A stretch of 64,000 nucleotides of DNA from Octopus sinensis (GCF_006345805.1 NC_043001.1:122388001-122452000); one strand, 5' to 3'; numbered from the stretch's first letter, positions 25,901-40,308 are shown. The notes: generated from the letters alone by a model not told the origin. Made by a program: numbers and translations.

Positions 25901-28900
25901 CACATGACTTCATTTTACATGAAGCTATGGAAAAAACTCGACAAGCAGGCATCAAACTCAATGCAGACAAGTGTGTGATAAAAGCAAAGGAGTGCAAATT
26001 CTTAGGAATTATATACTCTGCAGAGGGAGTTAAACCAGACCCCGCTAAAGTGGTAGCCATCAGAGACATCAAAGAACCCAAAGACAAGAAGAAACTCAGG
26101 AGCTTCCTGGGACTCATCCACTACATGGGAGCCTTCATAACCAAGCTGGCTGATCACACTGCAAATCTCCGAGAACTAAACAAAGATGACGTAGAGTTTG
26201 ATTGGTGTGCTTCACACACAGGATTTCAAAGCAATCAAAAAGCTCATCAGTAAGGAGACAACTCTGCAATACTATGACAGACGCAAACCAGTAATACTCC
26301 AAGTCGATGCTTCTATGAGGGGAGTTGGCGCAGCACTGATACAGGAAGGTAAACCCATTGCATATGCCTCGAAAGCTCTCTCACCCACAGAGACAAGGTA
26401 CGCAAATATTGAAAGGGAACTCCAGGCAGTAGTATATGGATGTGAAAAGTTCCATACATACCTGTATGGCAGACAATTCAATATTGAAACAGACCATCGC
26501 CCGCTAGAATAAATACATAGAAAAAACCTCACGAAAGAACCAGCCAGACTGCAAAGATTACTGTTAAGGCTTCAAACATACGACTATGATATCAGGTACA
26601 AGCCAGGAAAAGACCTGATATTGGTGGATGCTCTTTCCAGACTATCCTCACATGATAAACAGGAGATAGAAGGACTAAGCATAAAGGTCCACCACATTGT
26701 AAATGTAACAACCACAAAGCTAGCAGAAATCAAAGAGGAGACCAGCAAAGATGAAGAACTCCAGCTCCTTACCCAGATGGTGATTCAGAGGTGGCCAGAA
26801 AAGAGACATCAGGTGCAGCCCCTTATTCGTGAATATTGGGCCATCCATGATGATATATCAGTGGAGAATGGAATCCTGATGGCTGGATCCCAAATAATTA
26901 TACCCAACTCAATGCAAAAAGAGATTCTTGACAAGATCCACCAAGGGCATCTAGGAATGGAGAAATGCAAGCTCCGAGCCAAGTCAGCAGTATATTGGGT
27001 AGGCATGTACAAAGACATAGAAAAGACTGTTTCTACATGCCACATCTGTCAAAAGTACAGAAACTCACAACAAAAGGAGGAAATGATATCTAGTGACATC
27101 CCAAGAAGGCCATGGCAAACTATTGGAGTATATCTGTTCACAGAAAGCGAAGAATGGTATTTGATAATGGCCTGCTACTACTCCAAATTTCCATTTGTGA
27201 GAAAAGTGAAAGACCTGAGAGCCAAAACAATCACTACAGTGGCTTGAGGACTTCTAGCAGAGCAAGGAATACCAGAGCAGATCATATGTGACAATGGAAC
27301 CCAGTTCACATCGCAAGAATTCAAAAAGCTAGCTGATGAGTATGGGTTCAATATTACAACCTCATCTCCACACTACCCCAAAGGTCATGGGTTTATAGAA
27401 AGACAGGTGCAGACAGTGAAGAGAACACTAGTCAAATGCCGAGAGACTAAGGAAGACCCACACCTGGCACTCCTGTCCCTACGAGCGACACCACTCAGAG
27501 CTGACAAGAAATCCCCAACAGAATTGCTGAATGGCAGGAAGTACAAAACTACCCTGCCAACTAAGATCCAGGAAGAGGCAAGGGCAAAGTTAGCAGCCAC
27601 TCAAGAACAATCACAGAAATATTACAACAAACATGCACAATGCTTACCTGAGATACTTGGAGGACAACATGTGCATACTCAAGATCCCATAACTAAAACA
27701 TGGATCCCAGCACAGGTTGTCAGTAGAGCTGAAAATTCAAGGTCGTATATAATAGAAACGGAATCTAGTATGCAGCTGAGACACAACAGGGCCCACATCT
27801 GCCCAACACCAAAGCTGTCGAGGACAACGTGTACAACACCTGCTGCATCAGTGACAACACCCACAGAATCAGCATCCATCAGCAGCCCAACAACACACCT
27901 CAGACACCGGTGAGAAGCACAAGATCCACCAGATGGAGAAAGAACATTCTGCCACCGGTTCGATACCGTTAAAAAAAAAACTACTTTTATGGCTTAGCAG
28001 ACATCAGGAGACCAATAACTGCTACCATATGAATTTCAAAAAAAAAAAACCAGAAAAATGAACTTTCAAAACTGCTCTGATTAATTTAATTTTACTCAAT
28101 TTGGTTTTCATTTTCTTATTAATTTTGTTTTAGGCAATTGAAACTAATGGTATATTTTGATAAAAATGTAAATATTTTCTCTTCTTATTCATGATAAAGT
28201 TCAATTAAAAAAAAAATGAAAAGAAAAGTAACTAATTCTGCTAGATTACAAGGCAGAGGCAGAATAATCTCACGGTTTCTGCTGCAGGATTGCCACCTCA
28301 CGCTGACAATCCATTAGAGTAAGGGAGGCTACTATATTTGTCTTCACTGCCAAAAGACCCCTTTATTTTTTTCAAGAAGAAGGGATGTTACACATTCATA
28401 TCTATGTGTATTCGTGGGCGTGCGTGTGTGGAATGCGTCCCCGCCTTTGACACTATTTTATAAGTATTACTACGCTGTGTCTAAGGTATATAAATATCAC
28501 TACGCTGAATGTCGGACAGTTGGTTTAACATGCAAAGCGAATAAACACATAAATCGATATATGCCTTCAATTGAGTTGCCCATCACCCATCAGAACGAAA
28601 CGACACATAACAGGCTCAACAACAGCACCTAGAAATAATGCAAATAGCATTGGTACTAATAGTGTTTTACAGTATGATATCAGGAAAGGAGATTGAACAG
28701 TTTCTTCCTAGTGGATACACATCGTGACACTCCTTAACTAAGGTTAAAATTTGCCCGGAAATTCATCTCTTAAACAGTGTCTAACAAATCCTCGCTTTTT
28801 GCTGTTGAAATCCTTCGTAAACTTGATGAATGCAATGGGAAGTTAGATTCGCTCCTTGATAGCTTTTTCCTGAAAGTTTTCATGATAAAGATCATATCGT

Positions 28901-29826
28901 TGATGATACTAGATATACGTGCTCTGCACTGACATTCAAGAAAATTTGTTCGGATATTTATCAATCGCTCAGTAGTTTTTTCTCTTTTTTTTTCCATAAA
29001 ATTTCTCCTACAATGAAGTAAATTGAATTCTTCGATAATCTCTAGTCAAACATGTCAATTTTCCTACAGCGAATAGTAACTATTCTTCTATTGTATATGT
29101 GCACCCTTGAAATATTATCGCAAGTTACTATATTGCCAATATACTCTAGAGGATTAGTGCAGCCTTCAGCAAAATTCCTTCAAGACTTATTTATAGGCTT
29201 ACTTGGGAATGCTGTTAGACTAGTTTTCCTTGGTTTAGCAAGAAAATGGTAGTTACTAGCCATTCCATTTTCAGTGGTAGATCCTAACTTTTAGTTTCCG
29301 AAAGGTGTTGCATGCATTGCATTGCTTTACGAGGGATCCTAATACAATGCCCTGATATTTATTTATTGAATCATATAAATCCTCCTTCTGGCGCATCTCT
29401 TGTCATCGAATAATCTGGTACAAAAATAAGTTACAGTTCGATTTCAGCAGAGCACATTTCACTTTTATTAGCCTATCGGATTGAACAACAGGAAGTGATA
29501 CTAACTTGTTGACAAGAGTATTCGCGATGGCAAGGCTAACACCAGCTTTACTTTATCTATCATTCTCACTTTCTAACCAGAAGTTATAGTCTTGCATTCG
29601 TAAATTATCGAGTCCTCTCAGCTATATGCATACAACAGTACATCAAATCTCTAACAACAATCGCAGTTATTCATTAAAGTCTTTCAGGTTTCGTTATATC
29701 AGATATGTTGTAGCATTTTCACAAACATATTTCAGCTGGTCAATATTATGTTTCCATGCAGCACTTCTGCGAACCAGCGATAACACACACACACACACAC
29801 ACGCACGCACGCACACACACGCACAC

Positions 29827-29894
<68 letters not shown>

Positions 29895-32110
29895 CATTAA
29901 TGTGGGCAGCTGGGCGCAATATAATCCTAATAGGCACATACATTACTATAAATAGCAGTTAAACCACTTATAGCTGTGAAAAAATACATTTATATATATT
30001 GACAGACTAGATAACTGCCCCACGAGCAGAGCAAAACTAGAACACTGGTCGGCACAGTTTTATCCTGATGGGAATTTTTAGCAAGATAGAACAAAATAGC
30101 TATAAGTGGTTTAACTGCTACTTCTAGCAATATATACGTTTATACCACATAAAATCACAATTAGTGTTGACTAAATATAAGTGTGTGTGGGTATGTGTGT
30201 TTGATAGTGCGCATTTCATATATATATCTACATGGAAAAAAGCTTTCGAGGTGGTGCTCTAACATTGCTGGAGTCCATAAAGCAAATAGCATTTAGAAGA
30301 TAAAAGTAGTTAATTTGTTACTTACCTAGTCATTATACCACATCCTAACCAGGGGCGTAAAAATTTATACAACGAATGTTTATCCAGGTTTTGCATATTC
30401 CCCATTGCATCCTAAAAGGGCAAACAACGCAAAATAGGTTAAACAAGTTACAAGAGAGAATGTCTTTTTACAAAATGAGAAATATTGATTAACTCCAGCA
30501 GTCATCACCTCATATGTTTTAGTTGTAATAAATATATAAATTACAGAGATGTACTTGCATAGCAAATGACCTGATCTGAGATTGTGTGCTGAAACAAAAA
30601 CAATTGCAGAGTGGAAGGTGTTTGTTTATAAGTCATTTAAAAACACATAAAAAACCGTTAAATTCACTTCAACATTTCAGTTCAAACTGTCAAAATATTT
30701 TCGTCGCTTTGAGACAGCGACCTGTTCACAGACAAAATTCCAGCACGGAATTTTGTCAGTGAAGAGGTCGCAGTCTTAAAGAGACAAAAATATTTTGACA
30801 AATTAAATTTAAATGTTGAAGCGAATCTAACGTTTTTTGTGTGTTTTTAAATGGCTTATAAAGCTGAAGTTGTCTGTGTATGGCAGGTTTGGTAGCCTTC
30901 AACTAACACTATCTCCTCCAAGACCCTGCGGTGCAAGTTGACCAAAATTGAGAGTGTGATAGAAGAAGGTCTGCTCTTCATTCCATAGAAGATAAAATTC
31001 AAATCGGACCATGTTAAGACCAAAAATTATTTACATCAAATAGGTGCTTTTTTTTTTCTATGAAAATCCCTATTTTTTACGATTTTTTGACTGCCGTGTC
31101 TCCATTTTTCAGTGTATTTCAACCAGAAAAATGTTCACTTAAAGAGAATAACAAGCTACATAATGTAAAATTTTTACTTTTTAAAAATTGCAATTCTAAA
31201 GGGTCGAAACAAACCCAAGCAACGCCGGGCGATACTGCTAGTATATAAATATAATTTAGTAATAAAGCCATGTTTTGCGGTTAGGAAGTTCACTTCGCAA
31301 CAACACAGTTTCGGATTCAATACCATTACACGACACAATATCCCAGTGTCTTCCTACTATATCATCCAGTTGACTAATATTTCGCAGTTGAAATTTTGTA
31401 GGCAGAAACTAATCAGGAGCGTGCCGTATGCACCCGCACGCGCGTGTACACACACAAACAGACACACATGTACACATACACTTACATACACATAAATTCT
31501 AGTCTGTAAGGCGGTGAGCTGGCAGAACCGTTACCACGCTGGGCGAAATGCATAGCCATATTTCGTCTGCCGTTACGTTCTGAGTTCAAATTCCGCCGAT
31601 GTCGACTTTGCCTTTCATCTTTTCGTGGTGGATAAATTAAGTACCAGTTACGCACTGGGGTCGATATAATCGACTTAATCCATTTGTCTGTCCTTGTTTG
31701 TCCTCTCAATAGGCCGGATGTGGCTGTCAAAGGTCAAGAAAAATAATGCTTTCTAGTCGATGCATCAATACCAACAGATGGCAACGTTATTCTAACAGAA
31801 ACGAAGAAACACTCAAGATACAAAAATCTGGAAATAGAGGTAACTCGTCAGTAGATCCTAAAAACAGAAACAATTCCTATCATAAGCGCATTACTAACGA
31901 TAAAAAATATTCAAACAAATAGATAACAAAAACACCAGGACTTACAAGCATATGTAGAGAAAATAGCACTACTAGGTAGCGCACACACCCTACATAAAAC
32001 ACTTTCAATACAGTAAAAATAAGAGCACATCAACAAGCCACAGAACATACCCAAGGCACACAGAGCTGCGCTCAGTAGTTCAGCGAAAGCACGTGATAAA
32101 AATAAGACTA

Positions 32111-32153
<43 letters not shown>

Positions 32154-32684
32154 TAATAATAATAATATAATAATAATAATAAAGAATGAATTTGACAAGA
32201 TTAGTAATTATAAAGACCTGCTAATGGAAATTGAAAAAATGTGGCATCTCAAGGCGACTACAGTACCAGTGGTTGTAGGATCTCTAGGAATGATAAAAAA
32301 AAGGTACTGAAACCTATTTGAAAATGATTCCAGGCTTACCATTCCTACAGGAAGTGCAAAAAATCGTATTAACTGGAACGGCTCATGTACTGAGAAGAGC
32401 ACTATCGCTGTGAAAATAACATCCATCCACGAATTTATTTATTTATTAATTTTTAAATACATATTTTATCTGTGAATTTGCGCGTGTAATCTGGGAATGC
32501 ATACAATGCCCTTCTCTGCCCTAGGTGTATGGAAAACACTGGGCGAGAAACGGAAGAAAATTTGAAGAAAAAAGGAAAAGACACAATAATAATAATAATA
32601 ATAATATCTCTTTCTACTGGAAGCACAATAACCAGAAATGTTTTATAGCAACATATATGAGTATGTGTCCACCTATCTATCTAC

Positions 32685-32744
<60 letters not shown>

Positions 32745-32767
32745 ATCTATCTATCGCTCTCTGTCTG

Positions 32768-32805
<38 letters not shown>

Positions 32806-34547
32806 TGAATCAAAGCCGGATGGATTCGTTATTTTTTCTCTTTACCTGCATGAGTTGTAGAGTATTGCTGTCTGGGGGATACCTTATGGTAGTGGAATAG
32901 TATTTAACTGCTATTTCTAAATTTCGGTATGTGGTGAAGCAGATTTTTCTGAACCCTAATTATAATTATGCTTATAATTATAGAATTTTTGTGTATATAT
33001 ATGTGTATATATACAGTTGCGGCCAAAATTTTCGGAACGGCATTGTTTTCGTCAGAAAAGTAAGTATAAGTTTTTATCAAAGTAGTTTTATATTCTATAA
33101 TTTTCACAGACAATAAATACAATATTAATTGTTATTGTTTGAGATTTTGGTGTAATTTAAGAGCGTAATACAAAAGTTATGGATGATTTAGTGATTTACT
33201 GCAAAACCCATGGCGGCCAAAATGATCAGAACGGTTGAAAAAATAACAAAATAATCAAATATGACAGAGAATACTGGAATTATCTGATATTTAGTGTGAA
33301 GCCCTTTAGCTTCAATCACACTCTGACATCTTTGACTGCATGAGGAAATTAAAGTTTCAATTTCTTGCTGGGTGATCTTATTCCATTCTCGGTGATCTCA
33401 TTCCATAATTGCTCAGTTGTTTTAGGATTTCTGGCTTTTGAACGTTCTCCTAGAATATTCCATACATTTTCAATAGGATTGAGATCTGGGCTTTGAGCAG
33501 GCCAATCCATAACAATAACCTTTTCAGCCTTAAGGAAGTTCATGACCACCTTAGCCTTGTGACATGGGGCATTGTCCTGCATGAATATGGGTGGTCGCTT
33601 AGTTGAATTTCTCAGCACAGGCAAGACATGATCTTTTACAAGTTGTTTATAAACTCCTGCATTTACCTTTCCATGTAATCGCACCAAAGGGCCCACACCA
33701 TCTCCAGATATCATCGCCCAAACCATGACACTTCCTCCACCGAATTTAACACTAGTCTTAAGGCATTTAGGCGACAATTTTTCACCTAATTTTCTACGAA
33801 CGTACCTTTTCCCATCTGAGCCAAATAACATAAACTTAGATTCATCACTGAAATGCACCGTTTGCCATGTTTCTTGAGACCACAACACATGTTCGGTTGC
33901 AAAGGTAAGACGACACTTTTTATTCTTGGAGCTGATCAGTGGTTTCACTGCAGGTGCTCTTGCTTGTAGGTCATGTTCAACTAAACGACGAGACACAGTT
34001 TTTCGAGATAAAGTTTTCTTCAATACAATGCTCATTTTCCGAGAAACAGCAGCAGCAGTTTTAATTCTGTCCTTTTTAACCAACTTTACCATAGCACGAT
34101 CTTCTCTCTTGGTCGTTTTTCTTGGCCTACCTGTAAACTTTCTTGCTTCACACGAACCACAATCATCGTAGACCTTAAGAATACCGTGTACAACACTTTT
34201 TGACTTGTTAACAATCTTTGCAATAGATCCAATACTTAAATTATCCTTCCTTCGAAGCTTAATTATCTGCTGACGAATTGGTAACGGAGTAAGTGACATT
34301 ATATTAACAAAGTATACTGCAAATATTCTTACTAATGTTTAGTAAACGAATCGTGTCGAGCGACCAGGTAGAGGCTCTTTCATTGGTTCGATTGCGTGAT
34401 GAGATTTTTTTACAGATATATGTATGCATGTATGTATATATCATCGGCAGAAGTTAGAGAGTAAATCAAAAACTGAGAGTTTCGAGTATTGCCATTTATC
34501 GAACACGAATTTGGCCATCGTCACTCTATGACTTCTGCCTATTAATA

Positions 34548-34625
<78 letters not shown>

Positions 34626-36995
34626 CTCTTATTATAAAAGGCAGATTTTATCTGCCTCCCTTTGGGAGTTATAGAAATCTACAATATAGGATTTCTTCAA
34701 CTACAATTTACCTAGCATTTTTTAGAGTAGAATGCATCGCGTCATGCGAGGTCCAGTTTTTAAAATTTAAACTCCAATTAAGCAAAATTTACAGAAAACT
34801 CACATTCTGGTGTGTGTGTCAAATGCTTTTCTTAGTCTGGTTTATACCACACGCAAACGCACACACACAGTGTGCAACGAATAAAGTGAAACTAGATGTA
34901 ATATTTGTTTCTGTCTATGACGCTGATAGATACATGAGTAAAATGTATGGGAAGCTAACACATAAGAGTGAGTGAAAATGTTCTTGGAAGAGAGTAAATA
35001 GCGACAGAGAGTGATTTGAGGAAGACTTTACATTAACTAACCGTAGTGGCTTGTGTTAGTAATAAAGTAAACATACACTCATACATACATACATACATAC
35101 ATACATACATACATACACACACACATACACACACACATACATACACACACATACATACATACACACATACATACATACATATACATACATACATACATAC
35201 ATATACATACATACAAACACACACACACACACACAGTATTGAAGCTTGAGAACAATCAGATACATTTGCAACACATCTGTTGAAAATATTATTGTTCACA
35301 CACATACATATACATATATACATACAGACAGACAGACAGATAGACACACACACACACACACACACATGATCCAGCATGGCCACAACCTCAAGGCTGAAAC
35401 ATATAAAAGAATAACAGAATATAAATGTGTGCATGTGTGTGAGAGAGAGAGTGTGTGTGTATATGTATGTATGTATGTATATATATATAATAATGCGGTT
35501 TTTTCAACAGCTTGAACTAAAAGTCAGAGGGGAATGGGATAAACTACTTATATTAACTTTCTATAAAAGCAGGCAGTAATTTTATCTTGTCCTTATTCAT
35601 AGTGCAAGTTTTGAAGAGTGCATTTCGATTTTAACAGCTATTTTTTCAAAGCTATATTGGAAGTAACAAAGGAGCATATTTGGCATATTTTACTTTATGA
35701 GTTCAATAAAGACAACAACGCAACGGAAAGTACAAGAAATATTAATGCAGTATATGGGGATTGGACAATAAGCGTAAGGCAGTGTCAATGGTGGTTCCAG
35801 AAATTCCGAGCCATAAACTACAGCCTAGAAGACGAGCCTCATCCTCAAAGATCTGTAGAACTCGACAAGGACATCCTGAAAACCCTGGTGGAACAAAATC
35901 TCATCGTAACTGTTGAGGAACTAGCAGAGAAGCTTGGATTTGGTCATTCAACCATTCATTGAGACATGTGTGCTATCGGAAAAGTCAGCAAATTGGGTCA
36001 ATGGGTTCCTCACGAACTTTCCGAGTCTAATTGCATGCAGAGAGTGAATGTATGCTTTTCTTTGCTGTCACATCTCACCACTACTGCGCTATGTATATCT
36101 ATATATATAAAACTGTAGTTGTGTGAGTGTCTGTCCCCTTCGATTTAGATTCCTAACTACTCCCACATTTTGCGGTGCAGTTTAACCAAATTCGGGTAGC
36201 TTATAGTCGTGATTCATATCGAGCCCGTCTGAGTATTAGCGCGCGTCTACGATGAGTCTACGATTTTAAAAATAATTTAACATAATTTTTTATTCCATTT
36301 TAATGCATAATTATTCGTGTGTCAATGGCGGCCGAGTTGGCGTCCACGCTCACACCTGCACCTGTGGGGAAGGGAGTGTAAGGAAATCAACGTCGTAATG
36401 CGTTGTCAAGGAGACCAGCGTTCTTTTCGAACAACGACTTCATGGCTTGAAGACACCAAAACAGAAATGGCTAAGAAAGCGTCTACATGAGTCTACGATT
36501 TAAAAAAAAAAATACCATCGTTTTTTTTCCATTTTAATGCATTTTTTCGCTAATATATAAGGGAAGTAACTCTCTAAAAATGTCTACGATGAGTCAACGA
36601 TTTAAAAAAAAAATTACCATCATATTTTTTCCATTTTTAATGCATTTTTGGCTATAACTCTCTAAAAATGCTTATATAGTTATTTCCCTTACAAACCCGA
36701 GCAACGCCGGGCGATACTGCTAGTATATATATAAATTTATATATATAAATATATATATAAATATAAATATATATATATATAAATATATATAAATATATAT
36801 ATATATAATATATATATATATAAATATATATAAATATATATATATAAATATATATAAATATATATGTAAATATATATATATATATATAATATATAAATAT
36901 ATATATAATATATATAAATATATATATATATATATAAATATATATAAATATAAATATATATATATATAATATATATAAATATAATATATATATAA

Positions 36996-37070
<75 letters not shown>

Positions 37071-39407
37071 TATAATATATATATAATATATATATATATA
37101 TAAATATATATATACACAAATATATATATATATAAATATATATATATACACAAATATATATATATACATAATATATATATAAATATAATATATATAAATA
37201 ATTAATTAATAAGGGTGAGAGAATTAGATACTAATTTAATAGTATATCTATTCAACACCATATAAAATATTATAATAATCCAGGTTTCTCGGAGCACTAG
37301 GCCACTTGTGTTGAATAGATATACTATTAAATTAGTATCTAATTCTCTCACCCTTATTAATTAATTATAATTATGCTGCATTTATTTCTAAATGCTGTAT
37401 TTGTTTTCCGTGAGAGTTTGGCGCGCTGTTGGTTGGGGCATTTTAATTATAACGTCGGATGTAATCAATTGAACCACACGCGTATTTATCGTTATGGTAA
37501 AATCTGGCGTGTGATTGAGTGGATTTCATCCAGATAGTTTTGGCTGACGAGCTACAAGTGGATTTTTTTGTAAGTAAAATTACATTTAATTCATTAATAG
37601 CGAAACAATTGTCCCAAAATAATCTGTATTTTTGTTATTTTTTATTTGCCCTGTCCGTGTGAGCTAACAATCGTACTGACTTTCATGGGAAACATGTATT
37701 TTTGTGGTTGAAACCTTTTGGATTAACTGGTGCTAGAGTGAGCCATATAGTGACCACTCTCTTATATTTATTTTGTAAAAATATTATAATATATTATAAA
37801 ATATTATAATAATCCAGGTTTCTCGGAGCACTAGGCCACTTGGTGTTGAATAGATATACTATTAAATTAGTATCTAATTCTCTCACCCTTATTAATTAAT
37901 TATAATATGCTGCATTTATTTCTAAATGCTGTATTGTTTTCCGTGAGAGTTTGGCGCGCTGTTGGTTGGGGCATTTGAATTATAACATCGGATGTAATCA
38001 ATTGAACCACACGCGTATTTATCGTTATGGTAAAATCTGGCGTGTGATTGAGTGGATTTCATCCAGATAGTTTTGGCTGACGAGCTACAAGTGGATTTTT
38101 TTGTAAGTAAAATTACATTTAATTCATTAATAGCGAAACAATTGTCCCAAAATAATCTGTATTTTTGTTATTTTTTATTTGCCCTGTCCGTGTGAGCTAA
38201 CAATCGTACTGACTTTCATGGGAAACATGTATTTTTGTGGTTGAAACCTTTTGGATTAACTGGTGCTAGAGTGAGCCATATAGTGACCACTCTCTTATAT
38301 TTATTTTGTAAAAATATTATAATATATTATAAAATATTATAATAATCCAGGTTTCTCGGAGCACTAGGCCACTTGGTGTTGAATAGATATACTATTAAAT
38401 TAGTATCTAATTCTCTCACCCTTATTAATTAATTATAATTATGCTGCATTTATTTCTAAATGCTGTATTTGTTTTGCGTGAGAGTTTGGCGCGCTGTTGG
38501 TTGGGGCATTTGAATTATAACGTCGGATGTAATCAATTGAACCACACGCGTATTTATCGTTATGGTAAAATCTGGCGTGTGATTGAGTGGATTTCATCCA
38601 GATAGTTTTGGCTGACGAGCTACAAGTGGATTCTTTTGTAAGTAAAATTACATTTAATTCATTAATAGCGAAACAATTGTCCCAAAATAATCTGTATTTT
38701 TGTTATTTTTTATTTGCCCTGTCCGTGTGAGCTAACAATCGTACTGACTTTCATGGGAAACATGTATTTTTGTGGTTGAAACCTTTTGGATTAACTGGTG
38801 CTAGAGTGAGCCATATAGTGACCACTCTCTTATATTTATTTTGTAAAAATATTATAATATATTATAAAATATTATAATAATCCAGGTTTCTCGGAGCACT
38901 AGGCCACTTGGTGTTGAATAGATATACTATTAAATTAGTATCTAATTCTCTCACCCTTATTAATTAATTATAATTATGCTGCATTTATTTCTAAATGCTG
39001 TATTTGTTTTCCGTGAGAGTTTGGCGCGCTGTTGGTTGGGGCATATGAATTATAACGTCGAATGTAATCAATTGAACCACACGCGTATTTATCGTTATGG
39101 TAAAATCTGGCGTGTGATTGAGTGGATTTCATCCAGATAGTTTTGGCTGACGAGCTACAAGTGGATTTTTTTGTAAGTAAAATTACATTTAATTCATTAA
39201 TAGCGAAACAATTGTCCCAAAATAATCTGTATTTTTGTTATTTTTTATTTGCCCTGTCCGTGTGAGCTAACAATCGTACTGACTTTCAAGGGAAACATGT
39301 ATTTTTGTGGTTGAAACCTTTTGGATTAACTGGTGCTAGAGTGAGCCATATAGTGACCACTCTCTTATATTTATTTTATATAAATAATATATATATATAT
39401 ATAAATA

Positions 39408-39446
<39 letters not shown>

Positions 39447-39518
39447 TATAATATATAAATATATATATATATATAAATTATATATAAATATATATATATA
39501 TAAATATATATATATATA

Positions 39519-39550
<32 letters not shown>

Positions 39551-39677
39551 GATCTATTAAATATATATATATATAACTATATTATATAATAATATATATA
39601 TATATAGATTATATTATATATATATATAAATATATATATATATAATAAATATAATATATATATAAATATTATATATA

Positions 39678-39716
<39 letters not shown>

Positions 39717-39849
39717 TATATAAATATATATATATATAGATATATATATATATTATATCTATATATATAAATATATATATATATCTATATATATATAAAT
39801 ATATAATATATATATATATAAATATATATATAAATATATATATATCTAA

Positions 39850-39880
<31 letters not shown>

Positions 39881-39954
39881 TAGTATATATATATACTTAA
39901 TAATTATATAATATATATATTATATATATAAATATATATATATAATAATATAAT

Positions 39955-39994
<40 letters not shown>

Positions 39995-40077
39995 AATATA
40001 TATATATATTATATAATATATATAGATAAATATATATATCTATAATATATATATAACTATATATATATTATATATAT

Positions 40078-40143
<66 letters not shown>

Positions 40144-40263
40144 TATATCTATATATATATATATATAAATATTCTATATATATAGTATATAGATAATAGA
40201 TATAATATATTATATATATAAATATATAGATATATATATATTATATATATATATATATTATAT

Positions 40264-40308
<45 letters not shown>

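Larger units (their letters stand above)
23637..28612 (+). mobile_element. Complete Ty3/Gypsy LTR retrotransposon (Mag/K02A2.6-like), inactivated
   Basis: LTRs TGTTA...TAACA at 23637-23857 and 28386-28612; 5-bp TSD GGCTC at 23632-23636 and 28613-28617; PBS and PPT present; gag-PR-RT-RH-IN order. Confidence 0.97.
37198..39377 (+). mobile_element. Hammerhead-ribozyme tandem array (about 4 x 533-535 bp) with a 61-bp inverted head; candidate non-LTR retrozyme / non-autonomous Penelope-like element
   Basis: Unit landmark tccagg at 37280, 37814, 38347 and 38882; only a few substitutions or indels between copies; no ORF of 60 aa or more; one HHR per unit; both flanks (TA)n. Confidence 0.9.

Noticed and set aside
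34550-37169. YI/HT/CV-rich ORFs (also 2700-3029, 4433-4819, 15804-16068, 29626-29962, 41979-42493, 51155-51563, 58971-59195)
   Set aside because: Translations of (TA)n, (CA)n, (TACA)n and (GATA)n microsatellites; no coding signal.
37410-37720. Internal Pol III promoter in the array unit (tggcgcgctgttgg and ggttgaaacc)
   Set aside because: Both are poor matches to A and B boxes and lie ~290 nt apart; the promoter for the array remains unknown.
37261-39377. CRISPR array or ordinary satellite interpretation of the tandem repeat
   Set aside because: Units are ~534 bp and identical throughout with no unique spacers, and the context is eukaryotic. The conserved hammerhead and fold-back head are not explained by a plain satellite.
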